Below the pieces are notes generated by a model. That model saw only the letters and a list, made by a program, of their open reading frames with translations, had not been told where the DNA came from and did no database searches. A stretch of 64,000 bases of DNA from Octopus vulgaris. Taxonomy: Eukaryota. Shown one piece after another: positions 41,456 through 54,567 of this stretch (within the stretch, counting starts at the first letter, position 1; each line of letters starts with the position of its first letter). The position numbers and the translations under genes were made by a program. The stretch is taken from positions 44,702,001-44,766,000 of the forward strand of contig OX597835.1 in assembly GCA_951406725.2 (NCBI GenBank). Direction: 5' to 3'.

Positions 41456-42207
41456 TAAATATGCCTTGGGTCAAAGGTGAAATTTCCCCGTGTTCTTACA
41501 GTTATTTAGGGCGCAAAAATTAGGGAGAACATGTGTGTGTGTGTGCGTGTGTGTGTGTGTGCGTGCGTGTGTGTGCGAGTTTGTGTGCTTGTGTATATGT
41601 GCGTGTGTAGTTACTCCCTCAACATTGCCCTGTATAAATAAAAGGAAGTGGCTGATAGTGATTAGAAAGGCTCGCCTTGCTAGCCAGAATAACACAATTT
41701 GGTGAATGCAATCATGCAGAAACTGCGAAGTGAAGATCTATCTTGACGTCCCTAAAATTTAATAAATCTGTATTCAACTGAAATGATTTGAGTAAATCCC
41801 CTGGTTTATGCTAAACTATTTTGATATCTAGCTTGACGTAAAGCAATCATTAATATAACATTAGTATAATAAAGCAGATCCCTGCTGCAACACTTGGCAC
41901 GTCGAGCAAGACCCTTGGCGGGGTTTCGTTAATCTTTACCAACTGAGTTCCTTCTGTCGACCTCACCTTTGCCATTCATCCTATTTGGTCGATAAAAGAA
42001 GTCCGATTTGAATACTGGGGTTGTGAGTTTGGGGAATTATTTACTACCTCAAAATTGCTGACCTTATAAACCAAATTTTGAAATCAATATAATATAATAT
42101 AGTTGCAATATTATATAATATAATATAAGATGATATAATATAATATAATATAATATAATATAATATAATATAATATAATATAATACAATATAATATAATA
42201 TAATATA

Positions 42208-42526
42208 GGCGTAGGAGTGGCTGTGTGGTAAGTAGCTTGCTTACCAACCACATGGTTCCGGGTTCAGTCCCACTTGTGAGTGGATTTGGTAGACGGAAAC
42301 TGAAAGAAGCCAATGGTATATATGTATATATATATAGATGTGTGTGTATATGTTTGAGTGTTTGTGTTTGTCTCCCCAACATCGCTTGACAACCGATATT
42401 GGTGTGTTTACGTCCCAGTAACTTAGCGGTTCGGCAAAAGAGACCGATAGAATAAGTACTAGGTTTACAAAGAATAAGTCGATTTGCTCGACTAAAAGGC
42501 GGTGCTCCAGAGTAAAGAGTAAAGAG
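42208..42526 (+). mobile_element. SINE family B with internal deletions, inserted in (ATAAT)n
   Basis: Head and tail are present but internal segments are missing relative to 37505-37897. (ATAAT)n lies on both sides. Confidence 0.85.
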
Positions 42527-42764
42527 AATAATATAATATAATATAATATTGTAATCATTTTCCTGGCGTGATTAGCCGTATTTTGTCCGTATTTACATTC
42601 TGAGTTCAAATGTCACTATGGTCGACTTCGCGTCTCATTCCGTCGCAGACGAGAAAAATAAGTATCATCTGGGTACTGTGGTCAATGTAAGTCATTCCCA
42701 CCGTCCCCAAAATTGCTGGCCTTGTGCTAAAATTTAACACTCGTATATATATATATATATATAT

Positions 42765-43773
42765 ATAGTGTAATAAATAAAATATATGCATACATACAAA
42801 CATATATGTACGTACCGACATCTACATGTATATATACATGCATATATAAATATATATATATATACGTACAGGACATCACAAGACAACAGAACGAAAACGG
42901 AGAAGACATTTTGTTACAACAGAAGGACAGAGACGTGGAACAAGACGAAACGAAAACGAAAACGGGAAAAACAATTATGTGCAGCAGAAAAACGAAGTAC
43001 AGGACATGCTACACAAGGAAAATTCCCCTTCATCAGCTGTCGCTAGCAGACACGTGTTTCGAAGGCAGAGACAGAACACGTAAGGTCAAGCTAGGCCTTC
43101 CTACGAGAGAATTAAAATAAAATAAACTCGTAGAGGGGTAAACGAGCAAGAAAAATGTAACACAAAAAGGGACGTAACAAAGAACTGCACAAAAAATACA
43201 TACAAGAAAAAAATAATACAAAATTAAAGATACATGTACACGAAAATACATAACGAGAATTAAATTACAAAACGAGAAATCAAAAATAAACAAGAGAACA
43301 AACGAGAACGGAGGTGTTCTGGCATGGACGAGAGGGTAACTGGCGAGCGCGAGGAAAAACATGACCTTATGGCCTGAATGCAAATGGCGGAAAGGTTTAG
43401 CAGTGACGAAAGTGAGGAGAAGTAGGAGAGAGAGAGAGAGAGAGAGAGACAGATAGAGGAAGACACAGGCTAGAGAGAAGGGTGAGGTAGAGAGAGCAAG
43501 AGAGAGAGAGAGGAAGTTAAAGCAAAGGGAGAGAGTTTCGCGTCATTGTAGTAAACTGTAAAAACGGACAAAGAGGAAGGAACGGAACGAAGTGAGAATT
43601 CGAAAAATCGAAAATTCAAACGAACCCGACGTGAAGCGCTGTCAGACAATAGTGTAATAAATAAAATATATGCATACATACAAACATATATGTACGTACC
43701 GACATCTACATGTATATATACATGCATATATAATATATATATATACGTACAGGACATCACAAGACAACAGAAC
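42765..43773 (-). mobile_element. Non-autonomous Penelope-like/retrozyme-like element with ~125-bp direct terminal repeats
   Basis: 42765-42892 is nearly identical to 43649-43773. (TA)n lies on both flanks, there is no RT ORF, and hammerhead core motifs are at 43025-43066. Confidence 0.75.
43025..43066 (-). ncRNA. Circularly permuted (type II-like) hammerhead-like motif
   Basis: Minus strand GCCUUC-GAAAC-ACGU-GUC-UGCUAGCGACAG-CUGAUGA-AGGGG. Both conserved boxes, a 2-bp helix III with palindromic tetraloop and a GUC triplet are present, but helix I is poorly paired. Confidence 0.5.
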
Positions 43774-43917
43774 ATATATATATATATATGATATAGAACA
43801 GTATTTCTTACAGTTTCTCCTCCATTTAGCCTGCATTATGTCATAAACAGTAATATAGGTAAGAAGAGTAGGAAACACACAACTACTGTGGTTTAAAATC
43901 GTACATCAACGCATGCT

Positions 43918-44019
<102 letters not shown>

Positions 44020-46507
44020 AATGCTGGCATTACATAGATGTACGTATTCATACTTATATGAGCATATATTTACACACATTTATACCGCATCATCTGTCAG
44101 ATGCAATTAGCAGAGCAAGTAGAGAGATCAAATAAAATAGAAAGATAAATAAACGTTAATGTGTTTAATAAGAAATGAAAAACTTCGTTATAGGAAAATA
44201 CGTAAACGATCAATAGTTGTCATCAATATATTGAGTGGAGAAAGAGGGTCAGGTTCAGTTGAATCTCTCGGGTGCTGACCTGCACAGTTAATAGATCAAT
44301 GCCCGCTAACCTGTGGCAAAGAATTCTCTGGCAAGATCTTTAACCAAGGCAAGTAATTGCCAATATTTCAATTAACTTCGCAAGATATGTTATCTTTGCT
44401 GTTGTTTCTCAATCAACCCCAGAGACGGAGTTTTATCCTTTAGGCTAATGTTGAGAAGCATTCCAGCTAAGCATGTACAACAATTCTTTTCCGGTTTAAT
44501 TATACGATTGCGCTTTCGTTTACGTTTCTATTCTCTTGATTTTGTTGTTTTTTTTATCTCCTGTCGAACCCTAATTAAACAAATCGTTCTGGATAATGTT
44601 TCCAGCTGCGTATCATTATGAATTTAAATCTGTTAGACATTGCATTGTTTGACATGATTTGTTTGTTTCGGAATTGGTCTACTGAGATGAAAATTAGTTG
44701 TTATTTCAGCAAATAAATCCTCAAGATATTCCCCGGTCAATATGTAATTCCATTATTTTGTTTTCGTAGCTCAAAATTAGTCTAGATTGAAAGAAACCAT
44801 GTTTAAAAACGTAGGAGGCCGTGATTTACATATCTCTTCAACCTTAGATTGGACTAATATTATCCTATTAATTCTTTGTTCTATTTGTACACTTAAAATT
44901 CCCGAATTACTTTGCTTGTACTGAGCTCATTTAACACATATTCTCTATCTGAGTTTCAGGTGTAATTCCACTCACCTGTTCACAACAGATTCTCACTTTT
45001 AATGTTGTTTGTTTTGGGTATGTACGTGTCGGCAAATTAATAAAACATGATTGATTCTCCAAGACATTGAAGTCCGGCGTATGGTCTTTGTCTTTTCCTG
45101 TCTTCTTTTTGTTTACCGCGGTATATTTTTAAAATCTAAATTCAGTTATTTTGTTTTATCATCAGCTAAAATGAAACTGACGCTTGTTTCCTCGTGCTTT
45201 CATGCAGAATGGAGCCAAATTATCCTGTAGAATATAAACATTAGAAAAATGTTACTTAAGCAATCGGAAAAATTAATAATTTTGTTTCAAAAGAAATTTA
45301 ATAAAAACAACCGCAAATAACATCCATATCTTGAACTCATGGTAACCCATCACATCGAAACAAAAGTAGAAATCAAAAAAGGGGCGCGCATTGAATTTTA
45401 TGAAATGTCCTTTACGGGAATTACTTATTCTGAATTTAAAAGATAGAGATTCGAAGACGGCAAGCGAAAATCTATGCCTCATAAACGAAGACATAATTTC
45501 GCTGTTAAAAAACTGCACCGAACAAATCACTAATCTAATTTTTTTAATACTCCGTGCATTAAATTAGTCCCCATTCCCATTGTGGTTTCTACACTGATGT
45601 CCAAAACTTAGCGATTAAAATAGGACAGGCGTGGTTGTGTGGTAAGAAGCTTTCTTCCCTACTGCGCATGTGCGAGTCAGTATAGTGTTTGGCTCTAAAG
45701 CGGTGAAGACATGCTTTTGAAGCCATCTTAAATTGAAGAATTTTGAAGCTCTGCTGTTTTTTGGGTCCAGTGTGGGTTGTTATTTGCGGTAACAATTTTT
45801 TTCTACAAGCAAGACGTACTCACTGGATTCTAAACTGTAGTCTGCCTGCAGTGGAGTCAATATTTTTTCTCACTTAATTGTGAGAATTTTTGTTTGGGGC
45901 CGTATCCTGCTTCCAAGTTAGCAATTCATGTTAAGTGAAAATTTTTACTCACTTAATTGTGAGAATTGTTGCTTGGGGGCTTATCATGTCTCCTAAAAAT
46001 TTCTTCACTTTTTGCGAATTTTTAAAATACTTGTGAGAATTGCTGATTTGGGTGGATGCCTTTGCTTCCGAAGATTGAACGACTTGTATACCAATTTTTT
46101 GTGGAAGTTGTGTTCCAGTTGTGGCGTTCTGGGTTCGACCTTGACCTGAAGTATCTGGTGGCGGGAAGACTTTCTTTGCTGTGTTTTTGAACTATTGACA
46201 TTCTTTCTTCTAAACTTTTTTGACTTTCTTTTTTCGTGAATTGTTTCCCCTTTCTCCTTTCCATTTTACTGTGACAACAGTTTGACCTCCTTCACAATGC
46301 TATCCACCATTCCACCCAGGCTTCTTCCACCCTTCTTCCTTTGTAAGCAGAGCCTTGCTACGTTACTTCTAGTATGAAAGCAGTTTTACACAGCCATTAT
46401 CTTCCCTGTCTTTCTATCCATGTTGACAAGCTTTTCGTATAGCCATTCCAAAGCTCCTGCGTAGTAATGTGTCACACCTACAGCCCAATTTAAATTAGAT
46501 CTATACA

Positions 46508-46620
<113 letters not shown>

Positions 46621-46654
46621 CATTACCATTATTATTATTATTATTATTATTATG

Positions 46655-46689
<35 letters not shown>

Positions 46690-46807
46690 CATTATTATTA
46701 TTATCATTATTATTATTATCATCACCATCATCATCAAAAGGCTTCTTCACACACACATATGGGTGTATGTATATATATGTGTGTGTATGTATGTATTTAT
46801 GAATGCG

Positions 46808-46876
<69 letters not shown>

Positions 46877-47764
46877 ACATTAATTGCTAGGCACATATAC
46901 GGTAACGTCTCTCAAAAGCAATTAACATAACAAGTCAACAGATCTAATAAAGTTATGAAGAAAAATAAACATTAATAAACATTAATGTGTTTAATAAGTG
47001 AAAATCTTCGTGATTGGAAAATACGTAAATTATCGATAGTCGTCGTCAATAAATTTAGCGAAGAAAGTGAATCATGTACAGTGGATTTTTCTAGGGTGCT
47101 GACCTGTATAGTTAATAGATCAATGGCCGATAATCTTTGCTGAAAGATTGGTGTCCATGCTGAAAGCATGTTGTGAAGGTTTTAACTTCATTAAAATGTT
47201 GGCCCCTGATATTTCTAACCTCAGAACAATGTTGACGGACAAGACCAGTACTGAAAAATATTCCACCTAACCCCGAGCTAAGGCGGAGGAACCTGCTGGA
47301 GACAACAGTCCAGTGTTCAGGGCGAAGAGATGTCACAAGTCGCAGCTAACTGCTTGAATATGAATGAGCGCCTTTCAATTTATCTTGCACGCGATACATT
47401 CATCATGTTGGCAATTAGACAGGAACTCATACCGGATCAATCGTTGCCCAGGTTAAAATCAAAAAGTGGACAGGTCTCAAATTTGCCACCTCAAAAAGGG
47501 CAGCAGAATGTCGCTAGCTGTGACGAAATCTCGTGGCGACATTATCAACTAATGCCCCCACCATCAACGCGGTAAAAGTATAAGGAAGGAATCGAACCAC
47601 AAGACATAATTTCTGACTGGATCATTTCTTCTGAGCTCGTCATTTTCGTTTAGCACGGCTTCATTTCTGATTGAACATCCCGTCAATGAAAATGTTTCTT
47701 ACTGCTTTGCTCCACTCCAGTATTTAAAGTTTAGATTACATTCTCTATTACATTCTTCTAGGAA

Positions 47765-47935
47765 TGCGGTGAGCTGGGAGGATCGGTAGCACGCCGGGCA
47801 AAATGCTTAGCGGCATTTCGTCCGCTTTTACGTTGTGAGTTCAAATTCCGCCAATGTCAACTTTGCTTTTCATCCTTTCGGGGTCGATAAATTAAGTACC
47901 AGTCGATCACTGAGTCGATGTAATCTAATTACTCC
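47765..47935 (+). mobile_element. Diverged SINE family C
   Basis: GCGGTGAGCTGGGAGGATCGGTAGCACGCCGGGCAAAATGCTTAGCGG...CATCCTTTCGGGGTCGATAAATTAAGTACCAG. Confidence 0.85.
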
Positions 47936-49609
47936 CTTTTCATTGTGTCAAAATTTGAAACCCATGCATCATTCCTGGTATTTGTTCTAAACTATTGAGA
48001 AAAGAGCTGTTTTACAAGGAAGTCGATCATTAGAAACTCTGTGGTGGTCTTCCTGGTTGCTACAGTTGCTGTTGTCATATCCAAGCTTAGGATCGATCGA
48101 GCCATGCCGAGATCACCGCATAATTTTATTATCATATAGAACTCCTTAACTAATATTGTTTTCCTTGTAAAATGTCTCCATCTTTCTACCACACTTTTAT
48201 GCAAACCGAAAACGAATCCTCTCCACTGATACGAGTCTAACCTTCTGGATCTACCAACATCTACATCATCTACATCTGCATCATCTATGCTTTTTAATCC
48301 AACCCTCCTACGTAGTACGTATTTCTTAAACATGTTATTCTTTTAAGCGCTGGATCATCTTATACCCACTTGTTTCCATTTCGTCCCCCACTAACAAATC
48401 ATAACAAGGTTCGTTATCGGTTACCCATCACGTATTTAGCTGCAGTCTCTTTTCTCCCTTCGTCCAGAATATTACCATACCCCTAGGATCCAGATCTACA
48501 TTACTAGTTCTAGATCATCTCGCTTGCTTTCCGAAAATCTGCAATTAATATCTAATAAGTTATAGAAAACGCTTGAGGGCTAGATGGTTTTATTCAGCGC
48601 ATTATAACGGACTCCGGCAAATTAGCAAAAGATGACCGAAACTCATTGTCCGTTAGGTCATTAATACCCAGGTCATTCATACCTTCATTCTAATGCTTGT
48701 GATCGTTACAATACGCTGGCATTACTTCTATCTGACAACTTTATTAATAAAGGCGAATCTTCCTTTGGAATCAGGCTCACCTAAAGGCGTCAAAAATTGA
48801 TTGGTTTTCTTCTAACCTGAAGATGGCATCAACACTTATACATAAACACACATACATGATATCCTGTTTACAACGTTCTTGATTATTTATACAGACACAC
48901 ATTTGTACTCATACACACACACTCGTGATTACATATTAAAATCAACATCATTCTCACTCATACAACCATACTCTCCACCCACTCTTCTCTCTCTCCCTCT
49001 CACATTTACGCAACTACATGCACATTTTCATTCCATATACTCTGACAGCCATAATTCATTCAACGCATGGCTAACATTAGATCATCGTTGAACACACTCT
49101 TCTGTGCCAGAAACCACATAAGCTGGCCCACTTCCATTCCGTCATTATTCACACCACCGTTTCGACGTATGGAAAACATGTTCACTTCCTCTAACACCAT
49201 TCTCATTATCTCTGAATAACTACCTTGAAAGAAAACAAAATCTTTTTTCCAGCATTCTGTCTTTTCAGTTCTATGTACTAATGTAACTTTACGAGTTTAA
49301 AATTTGCCAAAACATCGATTCTCTTCTTCACAATGTGTTTCATTGTATTTGTTCTGATCAGTTCTATTTTGCTTGGTTCTGATAAAATATTCTATTATAC
49401 AACATCAATTATTCAGAAAGTCCATACATATATGTTTATAGTACATGCGTGTTCGTCTCCAGCACAATGGATATATTGAAGCGATTAACTGCAATTCCAC
49501 CTGCGCAGCAGAGAACAAGCGAAAGGCGTTAAGACAATATCTCATTAATAAAAGAAAATAAAGTTAGACAAAGAATCTTTTACATATGGAACACACACAC
49601 ATATATATA

Positions 49610-49645
<36 letters not shown>

Positions 49646-49663
49646 TGTATGTATGAATGTATG

Positions 49664-49710
<47 letters not shown>

Positions 49711-49711
49711 G

Positions 49712-49764
<53 letters not shown>

Positions 49765-49899
49765 ATATATATATACACTTGCATAAATGCACTCGCACAC
49801 AATACACGAACACGCGCGCGCATACACCAATACATATTTATATAGAGAAAGATAAATACACACGCACACATCTACACAGACACACATACATCTTGGCTA

Positions 49900-50830
49900 A
49901 CATCCTCCCATGTTGTGAGCCAGCTGGCATTACTCCAAACATACCACCGATTGCTCGCCTTTTACCTGACACCGGTCAGACCGACGTCTACCGCTGTAAT
50001 GTTGCCCCTGTACGTGATGGTCAGGATTGAACGCGAACAGCGTGGACGGAACACGTCCAGTAATTGACAGATCTTCGATACCTTCTTCTAGGTTCCCCAG
50101 TTGTTGATAGCTGTTGGCATAACAATAGATGAGTATACAAGGCAAATGGGGTAAGCAAAAAAATCCCTGGTGTTGGGTAGAAGAAAATACCGGAGGATCA
50201 GTTAATTATAATTTTACTAAGTATATTCCCTTCTCAGATTCACACACTTATTACGGCGTCCTTCAGTTTTTCTAAGCCTTGTAATTGAACTCGGAAGGTC
50301 GGGCCTCCAACCCAGCCTTTCACAATACCCGTAAAGACAGGAACTTTTCAGTACCCTCTCGTAGGTGCAGATTTATCTTTTGCTGATGGTTTTCGATCTC
50401 CAAATTAGACAAAAATCTTTGGAAAACTGACGTTGCTTTACCCATATCCTGGGCTTGATGTGAACTTCTCTCACCGTCTTTGGAAAGACAGTTTCCGAAA
50501 TATGCAAACATATCGACTTATTCGTTGTTTCTGTTCAGAGTTTGACAAGTTGAGCCTTGGCTCCCTAAACTGCGTTTGCCCTCAAAATGTATACGGTGTA
50601 CGTTATGACCTGCTGCATAACTCTCTCAGAGCTTGACGATGCCAAGCCTCTGTGAGATCCAAGTGTTTCTGTTATTCCAAAACTGCAGCTATCCATCGCT
50701 TTGCATTTGATGATATCCATTGCTATCAAAAACAAAATATGGAAACCTATCTCACTCGGAAAGCAATTTCGAACTTATCTGTGGTCCCGCATTTCATCAT
50801 CGCGCTAGCTATTCCGAGATTTCCTATACA
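49900..50830 (-). mobile_element. Decayed RTE-like LINE interrupted by a mariner derivative
   Basis: FAYFGNCLSKDGE....MGKATSVFQRF (ORF 50320-50511) resembles RTE F.YLGS.IS.DG...RIGKA...F.RL. The boundaries are approximate. Confidence 0.55.
50175..50363 (-). mobile_element. Short internally deleted mariner derivative
   Basis: Minus strand starts TACGAGAGGGTACTGAAAAGTTCC (mariner-like TIR) and carries the C-terminal remnant GLEKLKD/RNKCVNLRREYT*. Confidence 0.65.
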
Positions 50831-50932
50831 GATTATAAATGTATGTAAAATCATGTTTAATATATGCAAAATCATTTGCATAAATATGATGAATGTGGGA
50901 AACAGAAAGTGGATTTAGAAAGAATCTTTATT

Positions 50933-51053
50933 TTTAGCACAACGATCGTTTCGACCCATCCGCCAGCTGTCCCTTACGGGTGTGATATTGCATAAGTAGT
51001 GCTGTTGCCTCCATCAGTTCAGGTTTTTGTCTCGTCAGGTGTCTCGTCTAAAT
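50933..51053 (-). ncRNA. Type I hammerhead ribozyme-like motif with long helix II insertion
   Basis: Minus strand CAC-CUGACGA-GAC...(~70 nt)...GUC-GAAAC-GAUC-GUU-GUG. Helix I is CAC/GUG plus distal UUUAG/CUAAA, with AAUAAA just downstream. Confidence 0.65.
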
Positions 51054-51293
51054 AAGATACCCCACTACACATACTGAGTTTCGCTTGGCATGTTGTCGTC
51101 GCTACACTGAAAAACTCAACGCACACTGCGGAATTGTCGACGTGGATCCAGTGACAATCATATCGTATCTGTGAATAACATCAGGTTGCCTAAACGGTGA
51201 AAGTGCTTTAACTGGCATACTACTAGACATATACCCAAAGTCCAAATAATTACTTACCTTTCTCTCTCTCTCTCCTTTCTCACTCTCTTACCT

Positions 51294-51357
<64 letters not shown>

Positions 51358-52229
51358 GATGGGTGATAAGACGAATTGATTATACCTGGTAGCTTACTGG
51401 TAAAGTACGGTCACTTTCACAGTGGTCGTTAGGTGCACGAAAAGCATGTATGTATGCATGCAAACAGTGAATGTCACCACTGATACAAAAAAATATCTGT
51501 TGTCTTATACACCTTCACATGGATATTTATATTTTTATTCTCATAAGAAGCTTTATGAACACTGCAGGAATATTGGTTTATTTGGGGTTTTGTGCTAAAC
51601 TTAGATTCATGATTTTTAAAAGTGAAAAAGTGCTTACATGGGGAAGGTACACTATCTTATGACTGACGTTAAGGTATTGCGATTATTCTTGCTTCGACAT
51701 TCTTTATAGACATTATTTTCCATTGTCTTACGTGCCCATGATGCTATTGGAGAGAAGTATGTTAGACATGTTTTTGTCCACAGCACGCAGGTTTTTGTCG
51801 GACTACAGGAAACTTTTGTTTCGGCAACTTAGATGGTCATTGTTTTGATTCATAGTCTTCTTAAAGGCATTATTAATCTAGCGGAATTAAATATTCCTAA
51901 TAAGGTTCCGTATTTGGTGCTTTTTTGTTCTACATATGGACATACGTTGTTTTTAGATTTATCTCGTTATTCATTCTCATCCAAGAAATAAGCTCACCAT
52001 TTATTCTACGAATAAAATCCGTTTTCTATATAATTTTCCAAGTACTGCTTATTCGTTGGAATCGGGATATTGATCATAGACACATTTAGCGCTGTAGTTC
52101 CATTTTCCAGCGGTTTCTTCTTCCTTTTTCTGGAGAGTCGCTCGAACTAGAGAAGGAATGATAAGTATATATATATACCGCCTTTTCAATATTTTGAACA
52201 CCTGAGAGCAGACTGGTAATCGTTTTAGG

Positions 52230-52623
52230 GTGGAGGCGCAATGGCCCAGTGGTTAGGGCAGCGGACTCGCGGTCATAAGATCGCGGTTTCGATTCCCAGA
52301 CCGGGCGTTGTGAGTGTTTATTGAGCGAAAACACCTAAAAAGCTCCACGAGGCTCCGGCAGGGGATGGTGGTGATCCCTGCTGTACTCTTTCACCACAAC
52401 TTTCTCTCACTCTTACTTCCTGTTTCTGTTGTACCTGTATTTCAAGGGGCCGGCCTTGTCACTCTCTATGTCACGCTGAATATCCCCGAGAACTACGTTA
52501 AGGGTGCACGTATCTGTGGAGTGCTCAGCCACTTACACGTTAATTTCACGAGCAGGCTGTTCCGTTGATTCGGATCAACTGGAACCCTCATCGTCGTAAC
52601 CGACGGAGTGCTTCCATTTATCC
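52230..52623 (+). mobile_element. SINE family A, full length
   Basis: 12-bp TSD AATCGTTTTAGG at 52218-52229 and 52624-52635. Confidence 0.94.
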
Positions 52624-52954
52624 AATCGTTTTAGGTTAATCTCTTACTTTTTCCTAAATCTAATTGGTATCATGCTATTTTTAATTGAAACACCGTGAAA
52701 CTATCCTACGCTAACTTTGCTAATTTATAGCCGCCTATATATCGCATAAACAGTAGCAAAATGCAGCAAAGTGTCAATCACCCACGCACGGGATCTGGCG
52801 AACATTTGCATCTAAATACCAACCAAGAACATGTAAACCGCAACGATTAACACCAATGAGCATCAGTTTGTAGTAGTAGAAACACTTATGATACAGCTAA
52901 CACGGTAACAACGCCGGTAAATAGAGTCAGGACTGGCTTATAAGCAAATAAATT

Positions 52955-53300
52955 CGATAAATGCTTATGCAGACAATAGTCAAAATGTCCTTTGATGAAT
53001 CTTTATATGAGTAGAAATCTTGAATATAAATGTACTGTGCACACAAGAAGAGGGCCGTATGTTTATATTGGGCAGACGGCTGATTCATTTAAGAATTGTT
53101 ATCGTAACTATATTGCCAGCTTTAAGTCAATTGATGAGAGCCATTCAACATCTTTGGAAGATTTTGTATGGCGACTGTAGAAGGATATAATGAAGTACAG
53201 CATAAATTAGTCCAAAGTAAGGTACGATAAACCATACAATATCATTTCTAGGAGATGCCGACTCTGCTCCGATGAATCCCTGTCTATTCTGCGGACTAAG
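52955..53300 (+). mobile_element. Penelope-like GIY-YIG endonuclease remnant
   Basis: CLCRQ*SKCPLMNLYMSRNLEYKCTVHTRRGPYVYIGQTADSFKNCYRNYIASF...STSLEDFVWRL*...PYNIISRRCRLCSDE shows the PLE Cys-linker, YIG and C-x-LC..E pattern. Confidence 0.85.
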
Positions 53301-53567
53301 AGGAAGATCATTAATAGAATTTTTGAACGACTCTCGAAATGCCTACAAGCATAAAGGTATACTGTCGCAAGATGCAGTGGGAATGAATTTTGAGTAACTA
53401 TTAACATAATTTCATTTGCTTTAAAGTATAGATAACTGCAGTTTACTTTTAACCCATCCTCCTCCATTCTTAGAAACGTCATGCAGATAGCGAACTCGTT
53501 TTATGATCGTGAGTTCACCAAACTTCACGTGTGCGTATGATCACATTTTTGCGGATGTTTGTATGAA

Positions 53568-53980
53568 GGCGGCGAGCTGGCAGAAACGTTAGCACGCCGG
53601 GCGAAATGCTTAGCGGTATTTCGTCTGCCGTTACGTTCTGAGTTCAAATTCCGTCGAGGTCGACTTTGTCTTTCATCCTTTCGGGGTCGATAAATTAAGT
53701 ACCATTTACGCATTGGGGTCGATGTAATCGACTTAATCCCTTTGTTTGTCCTTGTTTGTCCTCTCTGTGTTTAGCCCCTTGTGGGTAGTAAAGAAATAGG
53801 TATTTCGTCTGCGTTACGTTGTGAGTTCGAATTCCGTCGAGGTAGACTTTGCCTTTCATCCTTCCGGGGTCGATAAATTAAGTACCAGTTACGCACTGGG
53901 GTCGATGTAATCGACTTAATACCTATGTCTGTCCTTGTTTGTCCCCTCTGTGTTTAGCCCCTTGTGGGCAATAAAGAATG
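53568..53980 (+). mobile_element. SINE family C with a tandem partial second unit (dimer)
   Basis: Full unit 53568-~53799 and a headless second unit ~53800-53980. A single 15-bp TSD GGATGTTTGTATGAA is at 53553-53567 and 53981-53995. Confidence 0.92.
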
Positions 53981-54364
53981 GGATGTTTGTATGAACGAGT
54001 GTACTCACGCCCATGTAGCTTGCACCAGAGCGTTTATACATCCATATATTTTAAGGGTTGTTTTCAATACTTTTGTCGCTAGATTTTGTGTTCGTTTCTC
54101 TTTTTGCCATTTGTGAATTATTTTTGATCTTCTTCATAAATGAAGATATTTCCTCCGTCTGGTTGCTTTTCTTTCTACAAAACGGGAATCTACATAGAAG
54201 AAGAGTTATTTAACGAGTTGTATTTATTTATCACCTGCCGAGATACATCTGCATCGCCGGATGCACCTGTACCTGGCTTTGAAGTCGGTGCTAGATGTGT
54301 CGAAATCAATCGTCGTGATTAATAATAAATTCAGGTATGTTCCATCTTCCGTAATTCATTTGGC

Positions 54365-54395
<31 letters not shown>

Positions 54396-54409
54396 TGTAT
54401 GTATGTATG

Positions 54410-54473
<64 letters not shown>

Positions 54474-54567
54474 TAAAAAAGGTAAGATAACAAGAGAAAG
54501 AAAGAGACCTCAATATAATGTAAATAGAGGAAATTTATCTATAAAATAATATGGTACAATTACTTAA

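Noticed and set aside
46022-46264. 80-aa Lys/Ser-rich ORF as an exon
   Set aside because: No recognisable domain or clear splice signals, so it cannot be supported.
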